From NCBI GenBank assembly GCA_002011495.1, contig MTNR01000072.1, positions 7,371 through 71,370 of the forward strand: a DNA stretch of 64,000 nt, given 5' to 3'. Every line of letters starts with the position of its first letter. Within the stretch, counting starts at the first letter, position 1. The DNA is from Dehalococcoides sp. JdFR-56 (GTDB taxonomy: Bacteria > Chloroflexota > Dehalococcoidia > Dehalococcoidales > RBG-16-60-22). Below the pieces are notes generated by a model. It was given only the letters and a program-made list of their open reading frames with translations, did not search any database and was not told the DNA's origin. The position numbers were made by a program, and so were the translations under genes. This document shows, in pieces, positions 27,341 to 35,714 of this stretch.

Positions 27341-28018
27341 CTAAGATATTTTTCTCAAAGCCTCTGGCTTCAAGACAATGATGCGTCGCCCCTCCATTTT
27401 GATGAGGCCGTTTTTCGCCATCCTGCGGAGGGAATTGTTCACCACCTGCCGGGAGCAGCCCAGCACGCAGGCCAGCTGCTCTTGGTTCAGCTGATGAACA
27501 GGAGCTGTGAGCGCCTCGCCACTTTGCTCGCTCGATTGAAGAAGCAATTTGGCCAGGCGTGAGTACACCCGTCTAAAGGAGAAATCCTCCACCGTGTTAA
27601 GGAAAAAGCGGAGCCTCATTGCCAGAATACGTATGATATCCAAAAGCGCCTGAGGGTGGGCATCGAACATTGCCCAGAAATCCGAGGCGGGAATGAGGAG
27701 CACCTCGCTCGCCTCCAGTGCCTCAGCGGTCACCGGGCTGGGGCCGCCGTCGAAGAGGGGCACGCATTCAAAACACCCTCCGCGGCGCACGATGTACATT
27801 ATCTGCTCCTCCCCCTGCGGGGAGGCCCGGAAAAGCTTTACTGAGCCAGATTTAACCAGAAACAAACCTGGGCACTTCTCCCCCTGCAGTATGATGATTT
27901 CCCCCTTGCCGAAGGAGAGTTCTTTGGCACAGCTGAGCAGCCATTCTATGGCCTCGGGACCAAGCCCAGCAAAGCAGGGCAGGGATTCCAAGAGGTCATA
28001 ATGGTGGCTGACTACCAT
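27341..28018 (-). CDS. Crp/Fnr-family transcriptional regulator
   Basis: cNMP-binding-like beta-barrel (GEIIILQGEKCPGLFLVKSGSVKLF) with a C-terminal HTH (NQEQLACVLGCSRQVVNNSLRRM). It is divergent from the oxidase operon. Confidence 0.85.
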   Translation of the reverse strand: MVVSHHYDLLESLPCFAGLGPEAIEWLLSCAKELSFGKGEIIILQGEKCPGLFLVKSGSVKLFRASPQGEEQIMYIVRRGGCFECVPLFDGGPSPVTAEALEASEVLLIPASDFWAMFDAHPQALLDIIRILAMRLRFFLNTVEDFSFRRVYSRLAKLLLQSSEQSGEALTAPVHQLNQEQLACVLGCSRQVVNNSLRRMAKNGLIKMEGRRIIVLKPEALRKIS

Positions 28019-28149
28019 AGTTTACCCTATGAGCAAAGCCAAAAAGTATGTATTAAAGATACACACTCTTCAGTATTTTTGTCAACTTTTTGACAGACAG
28101 GGGGTTCATCTACTGCTAAATTTAAATTCAGGTAAGGAGGGGCTTGCTC

Positions 28150-28254
28150 ATGTTGGTGCAAGAAGCAGTCAGGTTGTTATACATCATCTACTTCGTCGGC
28201 GCCAGTCTGTTCATGGTCTTTTTCATCATTAAGGTCAGAAAAAGGGGTGATTAG
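28150..28254 (+). CDS. Candidate 34-aa single-TM protein preceding the oxidase genes
   Basis: Below the track cutoff. ATG 28150 lies 8 nt after AAGGAGG. It translates MLVQEAVRLLYIIYFVGASLFMVFFIIKVRKRGD. The stop lies 2 nt before the subunit II ATG. Confidence 0.5.
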   Translation: MLVQEAVRLLYIIYFVGASLFMVFFIIKVRKRGD

Positions 28255-28256
28255 CC

Positions 28257-28679
28257 ATGGAGAGGAAAGAGAAGCTCTGGTTTGCCCTGTTGATTTTGAT
28301 CGCGGTCACCTTTAACGCCGTCACCCTTTCCCCATTGATTCCCTGGCAGGAATGGCGTCTGTGGTCTCACCCCACCCCGGAGAAGAGGTTCTTCATAGAG
28401 ATGGAGGACTATGAAATAAGGCTCCCTGAGCAGGGCATTGAGGTCAATGCCGGCGAGTTCGTTGAGTTTGTGGTTACCTCCAAGGACGTGACCTACGGAT
28501 TTGGTGTTTTCCGGCCTGATGGGACTATCGTCTTTCAGATGCAGGTGCTCCCCGGGTGGGAGAACAAGTTTCTCTGGAAATTTGACCATCCCGGCACCTA
28601 TAGCATCCGTTCCACCGAATACTCAGGGCCACGGCACCCTGAGATGTTCCTGAAAGACGCCATCAGGGTTAAATCTTAG
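28257..28679 (+). CDS. Heme-copper oxidase subunit II-like cupredoxin protein lacking the CuA cysteines
   Basis: One N-terminal TM segment plus a cupredoxin-like domain. The canonical CxExCGxxHxxM reads STEYSGPRHPEM, so both Cys are Ser. The upstream DVxHxF reads DVTYGF, so His is Tyr. Confidence 0.75.
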   Translation: MERKEKLWFALLILIAVTFNAVTLSPLIPWQEWRLWSHPTPEKRFFIEMEDYEIRLPEQGIEVNAGEFVEFVVTSKDVTYGFGVFRPDGTIVFQMQVLPGWENKFLWKFDHPGTYSIRSTEYSGPRHPEMFLKDAIRVKS

Positions 28680-28693
28680 AGGAGGAAAGGCAC

Positions 28694-30337
28694 ATGGCGC
28701 AGCTAGGCTTTCTGGAAAAATGGACGCTGAGGTTTGCCGTGGTGGGGCTTCTCTTCCTGGCGCTTTCCGGCCTGGAAGGAGTGCTCATGAGGATAGACCT
28801 GGTCAATGAAGAGGCCCTGCTTGGCCTGCAGGGGGCGCTGAATGTCATCCGGCCACTGGGCCAGGGGGCTTCTCCGGCCGAATATTTTTATGCCACGCTC
28901 ACCGCGCATCCCATCGTCGGCATTTATGGCTTCGCCTATATGGCCATCATGGGCGCTTTCTACTTTTTGGTTCCTTTCCTATTGAAGAAAGAGATACGGT
29001 TTAAGAAGCTGGTCCCGGTCAACTTCTTTCTGCAGATCGCCGGGGTATTGATTTGCTGGGCAGCCGGTTTCTTCCTCCTCTTCAATGGCCTCTATACCCT
29101 TTACTGGCCGCTGCCGGTCTCCTTTGACCGGGTGCCGGTGGCGGGCACGGCCATGTTTGGCTTTGGGCTTCTGCTCATTGAGATTAACATCCTGATATTT
29201 GTTTTCAACCTGTTTGCCACGGTGCTCAGGAGGAGCAACCCCTCCCCGGGATACAGCCTCCGCCGCTACCTGATGGAGGCCTTTGGCCTATCCCGGCTGG
29301 TGAGATTTCTGCTGAGGAAGGAGAAGAGCGAGGACGACCTTCGCTATGAGGAGATGCCGGTGTTCATCGTGGCGGTGGGGCGTGGCTCCATTGATACTGT
29401 GATCAATGCCTTTGTCCTGCTCACCGCCGGCGCTCTCCTCGTGATCTATGCGGTTCCTGCCCTGGCCGCTGGGCTATATCTCAATCCTCAAGCCATAGAC
29501 CCGCTCATTTACAAGAACTGGTTCTGGTGGGGTCTGGACATGGTCGCCGATGGCAATGTGCTCATGTACACCGCGGGAACCTGGTATCTGCTGGTGCCTT
29601 TGCTGGTGGGCAGGAAGCTGTACGGGGAATCGGTGGTCCGGACGGTGATATTGGCTGACCTTTTGATCTCGCTGGGGGTGTGGAGCCATCACCTTCTCGC
29701 CGACCAACCTCAACCTGCCTTTCTGAGACTACTCTCGGGTCAATTCATCACCTGGGGCGAGTTTCTCACCATGGGGCTGACCATTTTTGCCGTCATGATG
29801 ACTATCTGGCTGGCCAGACCAGTCAAGTTTACCCCGCCCTTAAAGTTCATCATGGGCTCCATCTTCAGCTTTGCTGTGGGTGGCGTGGCGGGAGTATTCC
29901 AAGCCAACTACGGCCTCAACGTGGTGGCGCACAATACCCAGTTAATCGTCGGGCCGCACGCCCATACCATGCTCCTCGGCGGGCTGGCTATGCTCATCTT
30001 TGCCGTAATCTATGCCTTGATTCCCATGCTGACCAAGATTGAGATACCCAACAGCCGCTGGGTGGACGTTCATCTATGGGGCTGGCTCCTGGGGGCCTTT
30101 GGCATGACCAGCGCCATGGGCTGGGCCGGCAATCTGGGCATGCTCCGAAGAACGCTTTATCCTGATGGCGCCTATCAGCCCGAGATGGTGGTGGCTCTGA
30201 TCTCCTCCCTCTTGATGGCCATCGCCTTCGCTAGCTTCCTCATCAATATCATCAGGAGTTTAGGATGGCGCAACGTACTCAGCTTGTTCATCCCCCAAGG
30301 ACGCCAAGTCTCTCCCTCCCCGCCATCGGTAACCTAA
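28694..30337 (+). CDS. Heme-copper oxidoreductase subunit I, atypical active site (B-family/NOR-like)
   Basis: 12 or more TM segments. Heme-ligand His residues are present (TLTAHPIVG; AHNTQLIVGPHAH), as is the HH pair (VWSHHLL). Helix VI reads WFWWGLDMVADG instead of WWxGHPxVY. Confidence 0.9.
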   Translation: MAQLGFLEKWTLRFAVVGLLFLALSGLEGVLMRIDLVNEEALLGLQGALNVIRPLGQGASPAEYFYATLTAHPIVGIYGFAYMAIMGAFYFLVPFLLKKEIRFKKLVPVNFFLQIAGVLICWAAGFFLLFNGLYTLYWPLPVSFDRVPVAGTAMFGFGLLLIEINILIFVFNLFATVLRRSNPSPGYSLRRYLMEAFGLSRLVRFLLRKEKSEDDLRYEEMPVFIVAVGRGSIDTVINAFVLLTAGALLVIYAVPALAAGLYLNPQAIDPLIYKNWFWWGLDMVADGNVLMYTAGTWYLLVPLLVGRKLYGESVVRTVILADLLISLGVWSHHLLADQPQPAFLRLLSGQFITWGEFLTMGLTIFAVMMTIWLARPVKFTPPLKFIMGSIFSFAVGGVAGVFQANYGLNVVAHNTQLIVGPHAHTMLLGGLAMLIFAVIYALIPMLTKIEIPNSRWVDVHLWGWLLGAFGMTSAMGWAGNLGMLRRTLYPDGAYQPEMVVALISSLLMAIAFASFLINIIRSLGWRNVLSLFIPQGRQVSPSPPSVT

Positions 30338-31182
30338 AGGCGTACTTTCTGGTCACCAAGCCAACCATGGTCTCCCTGCTGGTGTTTACCGGGGTGGTTG
30401 GCTTTGCCGTGGCCAGCCAGGGCACCTTCCCGGCGCTGCCCTTTCTACTTCTGGTGCTGGCGCTGAGTCTGGGCTGCGCCGGGGCCAATGTGCTCACCGG
30501 CTACATAGATAGAGATATTGACGCCATCATGGCGCGAACCAGACACCGGCCGATTCCCACCTCCCAAATCTCCCCGGATAAGGCGCTCATTTTTGGTCTG
30601 GTCTTGGCAGCTCTCGCCCTGGGTACCTCGCTCCAAATCAATGCGCTAACTTCCGCCCTCATTTTCCTGGGTCTGGTCAATAATGTGGTGATGTACAGTA
30701 TCTGGGCAAAGAGAAGGACTCCCCTCAACATATTGGTGGGCAGCCTCGCCGGAGGGTTGCCGGCGGTGGCGGGATACGCTGCCTATGCCAACGGCATTGG
30801 CCCAGAGGGCCTATTTCTGGGGGCTATCGTGGTGGTGTGGATCCCAGTGCATATATGGAGCCTCGCCCTTAAACACCGAGCTGATTATACAGAAGCGAAT
30901 GTGCCCATGCTGCCGGTGGTGATGGGTAAGAGAAGGGCGGTGCAATTTATCGCCATGGCCTCGGGTCTGCTGGTCCTCTTTTCCCTTGTCCCGGCTGCCC
31001 TTAACCTGTTCGGCTGGCTCTATCTATACAGCGCCCTGAGCCTTGGCCTAGTTCTGCTTTATCGCGGTCTGCGGCTTATGCTCAAGCCTGAGGCAAGTCG
31101 CGCCCTGGGTCTGTTCAAAGTGTCCAACCTCTACCTCGGCCTTCTCTTCCTCAGCGTACTCATTGAGGCGGTGGTCGCTTAA
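30265..31182 (+). CDS. ctaB: Protoheme IX farnesyltransferase (heme O synthase), UbiA superfamily
   Basis: Has LKAYFLVTKPTMVSLLVFTG and an Asp-rich motif (TGYIDRDIDAIMARTRHRP), with about 8 TM segments. The annotated start overlaps subunit I by 73 nt, so the true start may be further downstream. Confidence 0.85.
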   Translation: MAQRTQLVHPPRTPSLSLPAIGNLKAYFLVTKPTMVSLLVFTGVVGFAVASQGTFPALPFLLLVLALSLGCAGANVLTGYIDRDIDAIMARTRHRPIPTSQISPDKALIFGLVLAALALGTSLQINALTSALIFLGLVNNVVMYSIWAKRRTPLNILVGSLAGGLPAVAGYAAYANGIGPEGLFLGAIVVVWIPVHIWSLALKHRADYTEANVPMLPVVMGKRRAVQFIAMASGLLVLFSLVPAALNLFGWLYLYSALSLGLVLLYRGLRLMLKPEASRALGLFKVSNLYLGLLFLSVLIEAVVA

Positions 31183-31264
31183 AAAGCGCATCAGAATACC
31201 TTACCCTTGTCCCTTTTTCCCTTACTAGCAATATGAGCTGCCTATCAGCAAGAGGTGCGGCGTT

Positions 31265-33328
31265 CTATCTGATTTCAACGGGGTGCCACTGCTTCTCCTC
31301 GCCGAGCACATCCCGGGCGAAGTGGTGGTAGAGGTCGCTCTCCGCCTCAGCAAAGATAAAGGCGTCAATCTTCATTCCGCTCTCTAGCTTCAGCTCGGCC
31401 AGCGGGAAGCGCAGGGTGACGAAATCGGCGCCAACGCCGCCGGCAACCAGGGTGCCCTGCCGCCACTCGCCGATCTCTTCAGGTGCCTGGGCATCATAGA
31501 AGGCATACTGGGCGTAGTAATACAGCTCTCCCCTGGCCTCTGGGGGCGAGCCAAACCACGCCTCAAGGGCTAGGTCAGCGCCGGCATACCTCATCGCCTT
31601 TCCGGTTTGCCGGTTCCGGTCCAGATCTATCAGAAAATCCACCATAACTATCCGCACCGTATCGCCGTCGTGGGCTAGCGGCAGAACTGGGAATTCTCCG
31701 TCCATCTCAAATCTGAGGTAGAGATACTGGCTGTCATTCAGCAGCAGCACCCTGACGATGTCCGAGGGCGGGAACTCGATTACCTGAGGTGGCGAACCCT
31801 CCCCCAGCCAGAAATCTCCCCTGGGGTCCTCCCAAACCTGAGCCTGGCTCCAGTCAATCCCGTCCTCCATCTTTGGCTTGCCAAGCCAGGGAGCGGGCCC
31901 TTCCCTGCCCATCGGTTCCTCAGCTGGAGGGCCGCCACACCGCTGCACCATGCTCCAGGGGCCGGTGGCAATGCCGAGGAAAGAATATCCCCTAGCACCG
32001 ACGGTGATGAAGATGAAGGCGCCATCATCCCCCTTCCTGAAGAAGGCGAGGTAAAAAGCGCCTTCCGGCCTATCCGGGGGCGAGAAGCTATCTTCACGCA
32101 CCAGCAGCCACTGGCTTGCGTATGCCTTATACCAGTCCAGTATCTCAGCTGCCGGCGCCCCAACGTGGTACCCGCGGCTCTCAAGACTTTCATCGATGCC
32201 GAACTGTGCCTTCATCTCCTCAGGCAGTTCTGCCTCAGCCGCCATGGGGTATACTGGGAACTCGCCAACGGTGGCTGGTTCTACTTCGGGCGGAGGGCGG
32301 GAGAACCATTCCGCGATGACCTTCTCCCCCTCCCTGCCCTTGAAGCTGAACTCCAGTTCAGACCAGCCCAGAAAATCATAGCCATCAACCTTGCCCCAGG
32401 TCTCCTCAAGTATCGTCCTGAATATCTCGGCCTGAGTGCGCTCATCAACTCTGGCCTTCTCCGCCCCGAGCTCGCCGAAGAAAAAGCCGCGCAGGCCATA
32501 CTGCTTCCTTAGTTCGCCGCCCTTGGCGATGGCTCGTCTCAGGTGCTCCCTCAGTTCATCAAGCCGATTATCCCCCCAGATAATGTCAAAGGCGACATAG
32601 TCATAATGGTCAATTCCCTCAATCTCATCAGGCCCTAGGTCAGCGAATTTCAATACCAGATAGCCGGAGAACAGTGTCCGTAGCTCTCTGGTCTTCCGTA
32701 TCCATTCCGCAATTAAGTCCTGATTACGGCCGAAGAGCAAATCCGGCTCATTCAGCGGCGAGTACAGCTCCACCCCCTCCTCCTCGGCAATAGCCGCCCA
32801 CTCTGAGCTCATAGCAAGGATTTTCTCGATAGATTCAGGGTCACTTAACTGAAGGCCGGCGCCGCCGATAAACAGATTTGGCTCGAGAAACACGGCGAAG
32901 CCCTCATCCTTGGCCTTTCGTATCAGGCTGAGGTAGAACTCTTTGGGACGGAGCAGCCTAAGAGCTCCATCTGTGCTCATTTGGTAGAGAGGGCAGATTC
33001 TGAGGCTGTTGATATTCAGGCTCTTGAGCCGGCTTATCTCCTCATCGTCAAGGATATAATCTCCAGGCTCGCTGGAGACCATTTTGAAGAAGGCGATCTC
33101 TTTCCTCTGCGGTTGCCGTGGAGGTTGGGATAGCTCCTGTTTACCGCTCTCGGTGCCTGGTGCCGGCTGCGGAGTAAGGGAGACTGGCGGTGGCGGCGAT
33201 GGTGTCTGCGCCGGAGCCTCGGTTGGTGTTTCAGGTTCAGGCGGCGCACTCGGGGGAGGGCTGGGAGCTTGGCCGCAGCCCAGGAGGAAGACAAAAATAA
33301 AAGCCAAGATAAGAAGCAGTCCTCTCAT
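31265..33328 (-). CDS. Lipoprotein with a GH5-like (clan GH-A TIM-barrel) domain and a C-terminal unknown domain
   Basis: ATG 33328 gives MRGLLLILAFIFVFLLGC (lipobox) followed by a P-rich linker. Candidate catalytic motifs are YSPLNEPD (NEP acid/base) and FFFGELGAE (nucleophile). The track ORF starts at 33364. Confidence 0.55.
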   Translation of the reverse strand: MRGLLLILAFIFVFLLGCGQAPSPPPSAPPEPETPTEAPAQTPSPPPPVSLTPQPAPGTESGKQELSQPPRQPQRKEIAFFKMVSSEPGDYILDDEEISRLKSLNINSLRICPLYQMSTDGALRLLRPKEFYLSLIRKAKDEGFAVFLEPNLFIGGAGLQLSDPESIEKILAMSSEWAAIAEEEGVELYSPLNEPDLLFGRNQDLIAEWIRKTRELRTLFSGYLVLKFADLGPDEIEGIDHYDYVAFDIIWGDNRLDELREHLRRAIAKGGELRKQYGLRGFFFGELGAEKARVDERTQAEIFRTILEETWGKVDGYDFLGWSELEFSFKGREGEKVIAEWFSRPPPEVEPATVGEFPVYPMAAEAELPEEMKAQFGIDESLESRGYHVGAPAAEILDWYKAYASQWLLVREDSFSPPDRPEGAFYLAFFRKGDDGAFIFITVGARGYSFLGIATGPWSMVQRCGGPPAEEPMGREGPAPWLGKPKMEDGIDWSQAQVWEDPRGDFWLGEGSPPQVIEFPPSDIVRVLLLNDSQYLYLRFEMDGEFPVLPLAHDGDTVRIVMVDFLIDLDRNRQTGKAMRYAGADLALEAWFGSPPEARGELYYYAQYAFYDAQAPEEIGEWRQGTLVAGGVGADFVTLRFPLAELKLESGMKIDAFIFAEAESDLYHHFARDVLGEEKQWHPVEIR

Positions 33329-33516
33329 CTTGACCCACCAAAACGCATCGTTTTCAATCACCATTCTATACGCCGCAGATGACCAGCGTCAAGGGGTGCA
33401 CTTCACCAAGGAATCAAGAAGCTGGTCTCGGCGGGCCTGTATTTGTGGGGTGGACTTAAGACCGGTTTTCCTTGGTCTTTGGGCTGTGAATAGAGCTTTC
33501 ATGCCGGAGAAAAAAT

Positions 33517-33567
33517 TGGCGACCCCGAGGGGATTTGAACCCCTGATCTCCACCGTGACAGGGTGTC
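33517..33567 (-). tRNA. tRNA-Asp(GUC) 3' fragment: anticodon arm to CCA only, truncated and presumably non-functional
   Basis: The minus strand reads ACACC-CTGTCAC-GGTGG (anticodon GTC), AGATC, AGGGG-TTCAAAT-CCCCT, CGGGGTC-G-CCA. No matching 5' acceptor strand (GACCCCG) or D-arm can be placed upstream. Confidence 0.7.
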
Positions 33568-33784
33568 ATGTTGTATTCCCGACCCATCGGCCAAACCGCC
33601 GTCGGCCAACTCGCCGATGGCCAGGTGGATATCCTCCCTGCTGGTTTGGGCTTGTTTCATGCGAGTCTCCTTCGGCGAGCGGTATGGCGGTCTTCCTTGG
33701 TAGTGAGTGTGCTCATTTACCTATCCTCTGCCGATGGTTAGTCTATCAACCAGGCAGACCGGGTGTCAAGGCGGCGGACGAACT

Positions 33785-34447
33785 CTAGTCGAGTTCAAAC
33801 CAATGCTGCCTTAGCGCCTTTGAGACCGCCTCCGTCCTCGAGCTGACGCCCATCTTGCCAAAGATGTTCATAAGATGTTGCCTGACTGTGCGGTCGCCGA
33901 TTCCGAGTTGAGCCGCAATGTGCTTGTTGTTCATCCCCTTGGCTGCCAGCTTCAGCACATCAAGCTCCCGCCGCGTCAGGTGTTCAGCGGAATTGACGGC
34001 GATCGGAAGGCGAACCGTGCGTTTAAAGAGTCTCTGTGCCAGCAGGGGGTCACAGACGAAATCTCCAGCGCGGACAGAACGGATGGCCTGCACCAGTTCG
34101 TCTCCGTGTGCGCTCTTGAGCAGGTAGCCGCCGGCTCCTGCCAGGACAAGCCCGACAATGTGTTCCTCATCCTCAGAGGCAGTCAAAATAAGGACCGCCG
34201 CCCGGGGATGTTCTGCCCTGATGCGCCTGATGGTTTCCGCGCTGTCGAGCTTGGAAATACAGGCTTCCATTACGATTACATCTGGCTTGATCTCACGCGT
34301 CAGCCTGACCGCGTCTAGACCGTTGTCCGCCTCACCAACCACTTCGAAGTCCGCCTCGCTCTCCAGAAGCCGCCGGATGCCCTGTCGCACCAGGTGGTGG
34401 CCGTCGGCAAGGAGTATTCTTGTGTTCCGTCTTGTCTCCCCCGACAT
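33785..34447 (-). CDS. Response regulator, NarL/FixJ (REC + LuxR-type HTH), orphan
   Basis: Has ILLADGH, VIVMEACISKLD and a C-terminal LTRRELDVL...DRTVRQHL HTH. There is no adjacent kinase. Confidence 0.9.
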   Translation of the reverse strand: MSGETRRNTRILLADGHHLVRQGIRRLLESEADFEVVGEADNGLDAVRLTREIKPDVIVMEACISKLDSAETIRRIRAEHPRAAVLILTASEDEEHIVGLVLAGAGGYLLKSAHGDELVQAIRSVRAGDFVCDPLLAQRLFKRTVRLPIAVNSAEHLTRRELDVLKLAAKGMNNKHIAAQLGIGDRTVRQHLMNIFGKMGVSSRTEAVSKALRQHWFELD

Positions 34448-34517
34448 GTTCCCCTCCCTTCATCTTGAGGAAGGGTTAGCGCTGCAATTGCTACCGGGCT
34501 CCTGATGTCTTCGCAGG

Positions 34518-35168
34518 TCATTTATTGGGCGAGCCTTGAGAGTATTTCCTCAGCACACCTATCACTCGTCCTTGCACCTGGACCTCGTGAGGGCGTACAT
34601 AGAGAGGCGCCATGCTGCGATTCGCTGGTTGGAGGCGGATGCGCCCCGGCTCGCGGTAAAGCTTCTTTAAGGTAGCCTCCTGTCTCTCGGGCAGCCAGGC
34701 AGCTACCATCTCACCATCCTCTGCCACGCGGGTGGCCTCCAGGACGACAACATCGCCGTCATCCACAAGGGCATCAATCATCGATGTTCCCTTTACCCGG
34801 AGGGCGTAAGCCCGGGCCTGCCTGGACAGCATTTCCGCCGGCACCTCGATTGTCTCCTGCGCATGCGCAACGCTGTGCCACGTCTCCTCCGTGGGTACCG
34901 GGATGGGCTCGCCAGCGGCGATTGTTCCCAGAAGCGGCACGGCGCGGGCTCTTCTTCCGACCCCGGAGACCTCAATGCCCCTGGCGACCTCGGGCTCTCG
35001 TGTGATGAGGCCCTCTTCCTCAAGTGCGCTGAGGTGATACTTCACCACCGACTTTGAGCTGATGCCTAGTGCCTTTTGTATCTCGCCAATGGTCGGGGCG
35101 TAGCCTCTTTCCTCCACGAAGTTGCGGATAAACTCCACTATGCGCCAGCGGGTGGTGTATATTTTCAT
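34518..35168 (-). CDS. lexA: LexA repressor (winged HTH + S24 peptidase)
   Basis: N-terminus reads RGYAPTIGEIQKALGISSKSVVKYHLSALEEEGLI. The cleavage region reads PLLGTIAAGEPI. The catalytic Ser is in VKGTSMIDA and the Lys in EATLKKLY. Confidence 0.9.
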   Translation of the reverse strand: MKIYTTRWRIVEFIRNFVEERGYAPTIGEIQKALGISSKSVVKYHLSALEEEGLITREPEVARGIEVSGVGRRARAVPLLGTIAAGEPIPVPTEETWHSVAHAQETIEVPAEMLSRQARAYALRVKGTSMIDALVDDGDVVVLEATRVAEDGEMVAAWLPERQEATLKKLYREPGRIRLQPANRSMAPLYVRPHEVQVQGRVIGVLRKYSQGSPNK

Positions 35169-35216
35169 CTTTCACCTCCCGGAACAAGCGGTACCACTGG
35201 TTCATCGTCGGTTCTT

Positions 35217-35244
35217 ATTATAGCACGAAAGTTCTACACGTCAA
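35217..35244 (-). promoter_or_regulatory. lexA promoter with an embedded Cheo-like SOS box candidate
   Basis: The minus strand reads TTGACG (35244-35239), a 16-nt spacer, then TATAAT (35222-35217). The spacer contains AGAACTTTCGTGC, i.e. GAAC-N4-GTGC, one mismatch from GAAC-N4-GTTC. Confidence 0.5.
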
Positions 35245-35714
35245 GCGCTTTTAGGCAAATTTCTAGGGACCTGGCAGCTGATTTTCAGAGCGACTGGTCG
35301 TGCCGGGTCCTAAAATCGACCATTTTCTGGCTGGGAAGAGTGATGGTGAATTTGTAGCCCCCGAGGCTATGCCATGACGCCCCAGGCTTTTTCATCTCTA
35401 CCTTGGTGTCCGGCCGTCCCGGTGCTGATGTTATACCGCAGGGACGAATTAGCCCAATACGTGCTTAGCTCATGGAATGATGCTGAGAAATTGCAGGAAA
35501 AGATGATTGCTTACTGGAGACCGCTACGTCTGCCGATAGAATTTCAACATATGCCGTAATAAGGATCTTGCTTATACAGAACCTTTAGCATAGAATAGGC
35601 TCGTTAATATTAAAACGAGTACCCACGGACAAGCTCTGAAGCGTAATAGCTGAAATTTCCGGCACTCCTTAGATAGTTGGCATCACTTGTCCCCGGGGTG
35701 ATATTCTAACAGGA

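Noticed and set aside
28029-28232. 67-aa plus-strand track ORF upstream of the oxidase operon
   Set aside because: It has no RBS and spans the Crp/Fnr-oxidase promoter region. The 34-aa ORF at 28150..28254, in another frame, has a canonical RBS and a TM helix and is preferred.
33517-33600. A complete tRNA gene
   Set aside because: I tried to fold it. The 26 nt upstream of the anticodon stem (GGCCGATGGGTCGGGAATACAACATG) can form neither a D-arm nor a 5' acceptor strand complementary to CGGGGTC. Only the 3' ~51 nt are tRNA-like.
33084-33788. 234-aa plus-strand ORF spanning the GH5-like gene start, the intergenic region and the tRNA fragment
   Set aside because: It overlaps a well-supported opposite-strand gene and the tRNA fragment. 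Its sequence is low-complexity and Arg/Gly-rich, and it has no RBS.
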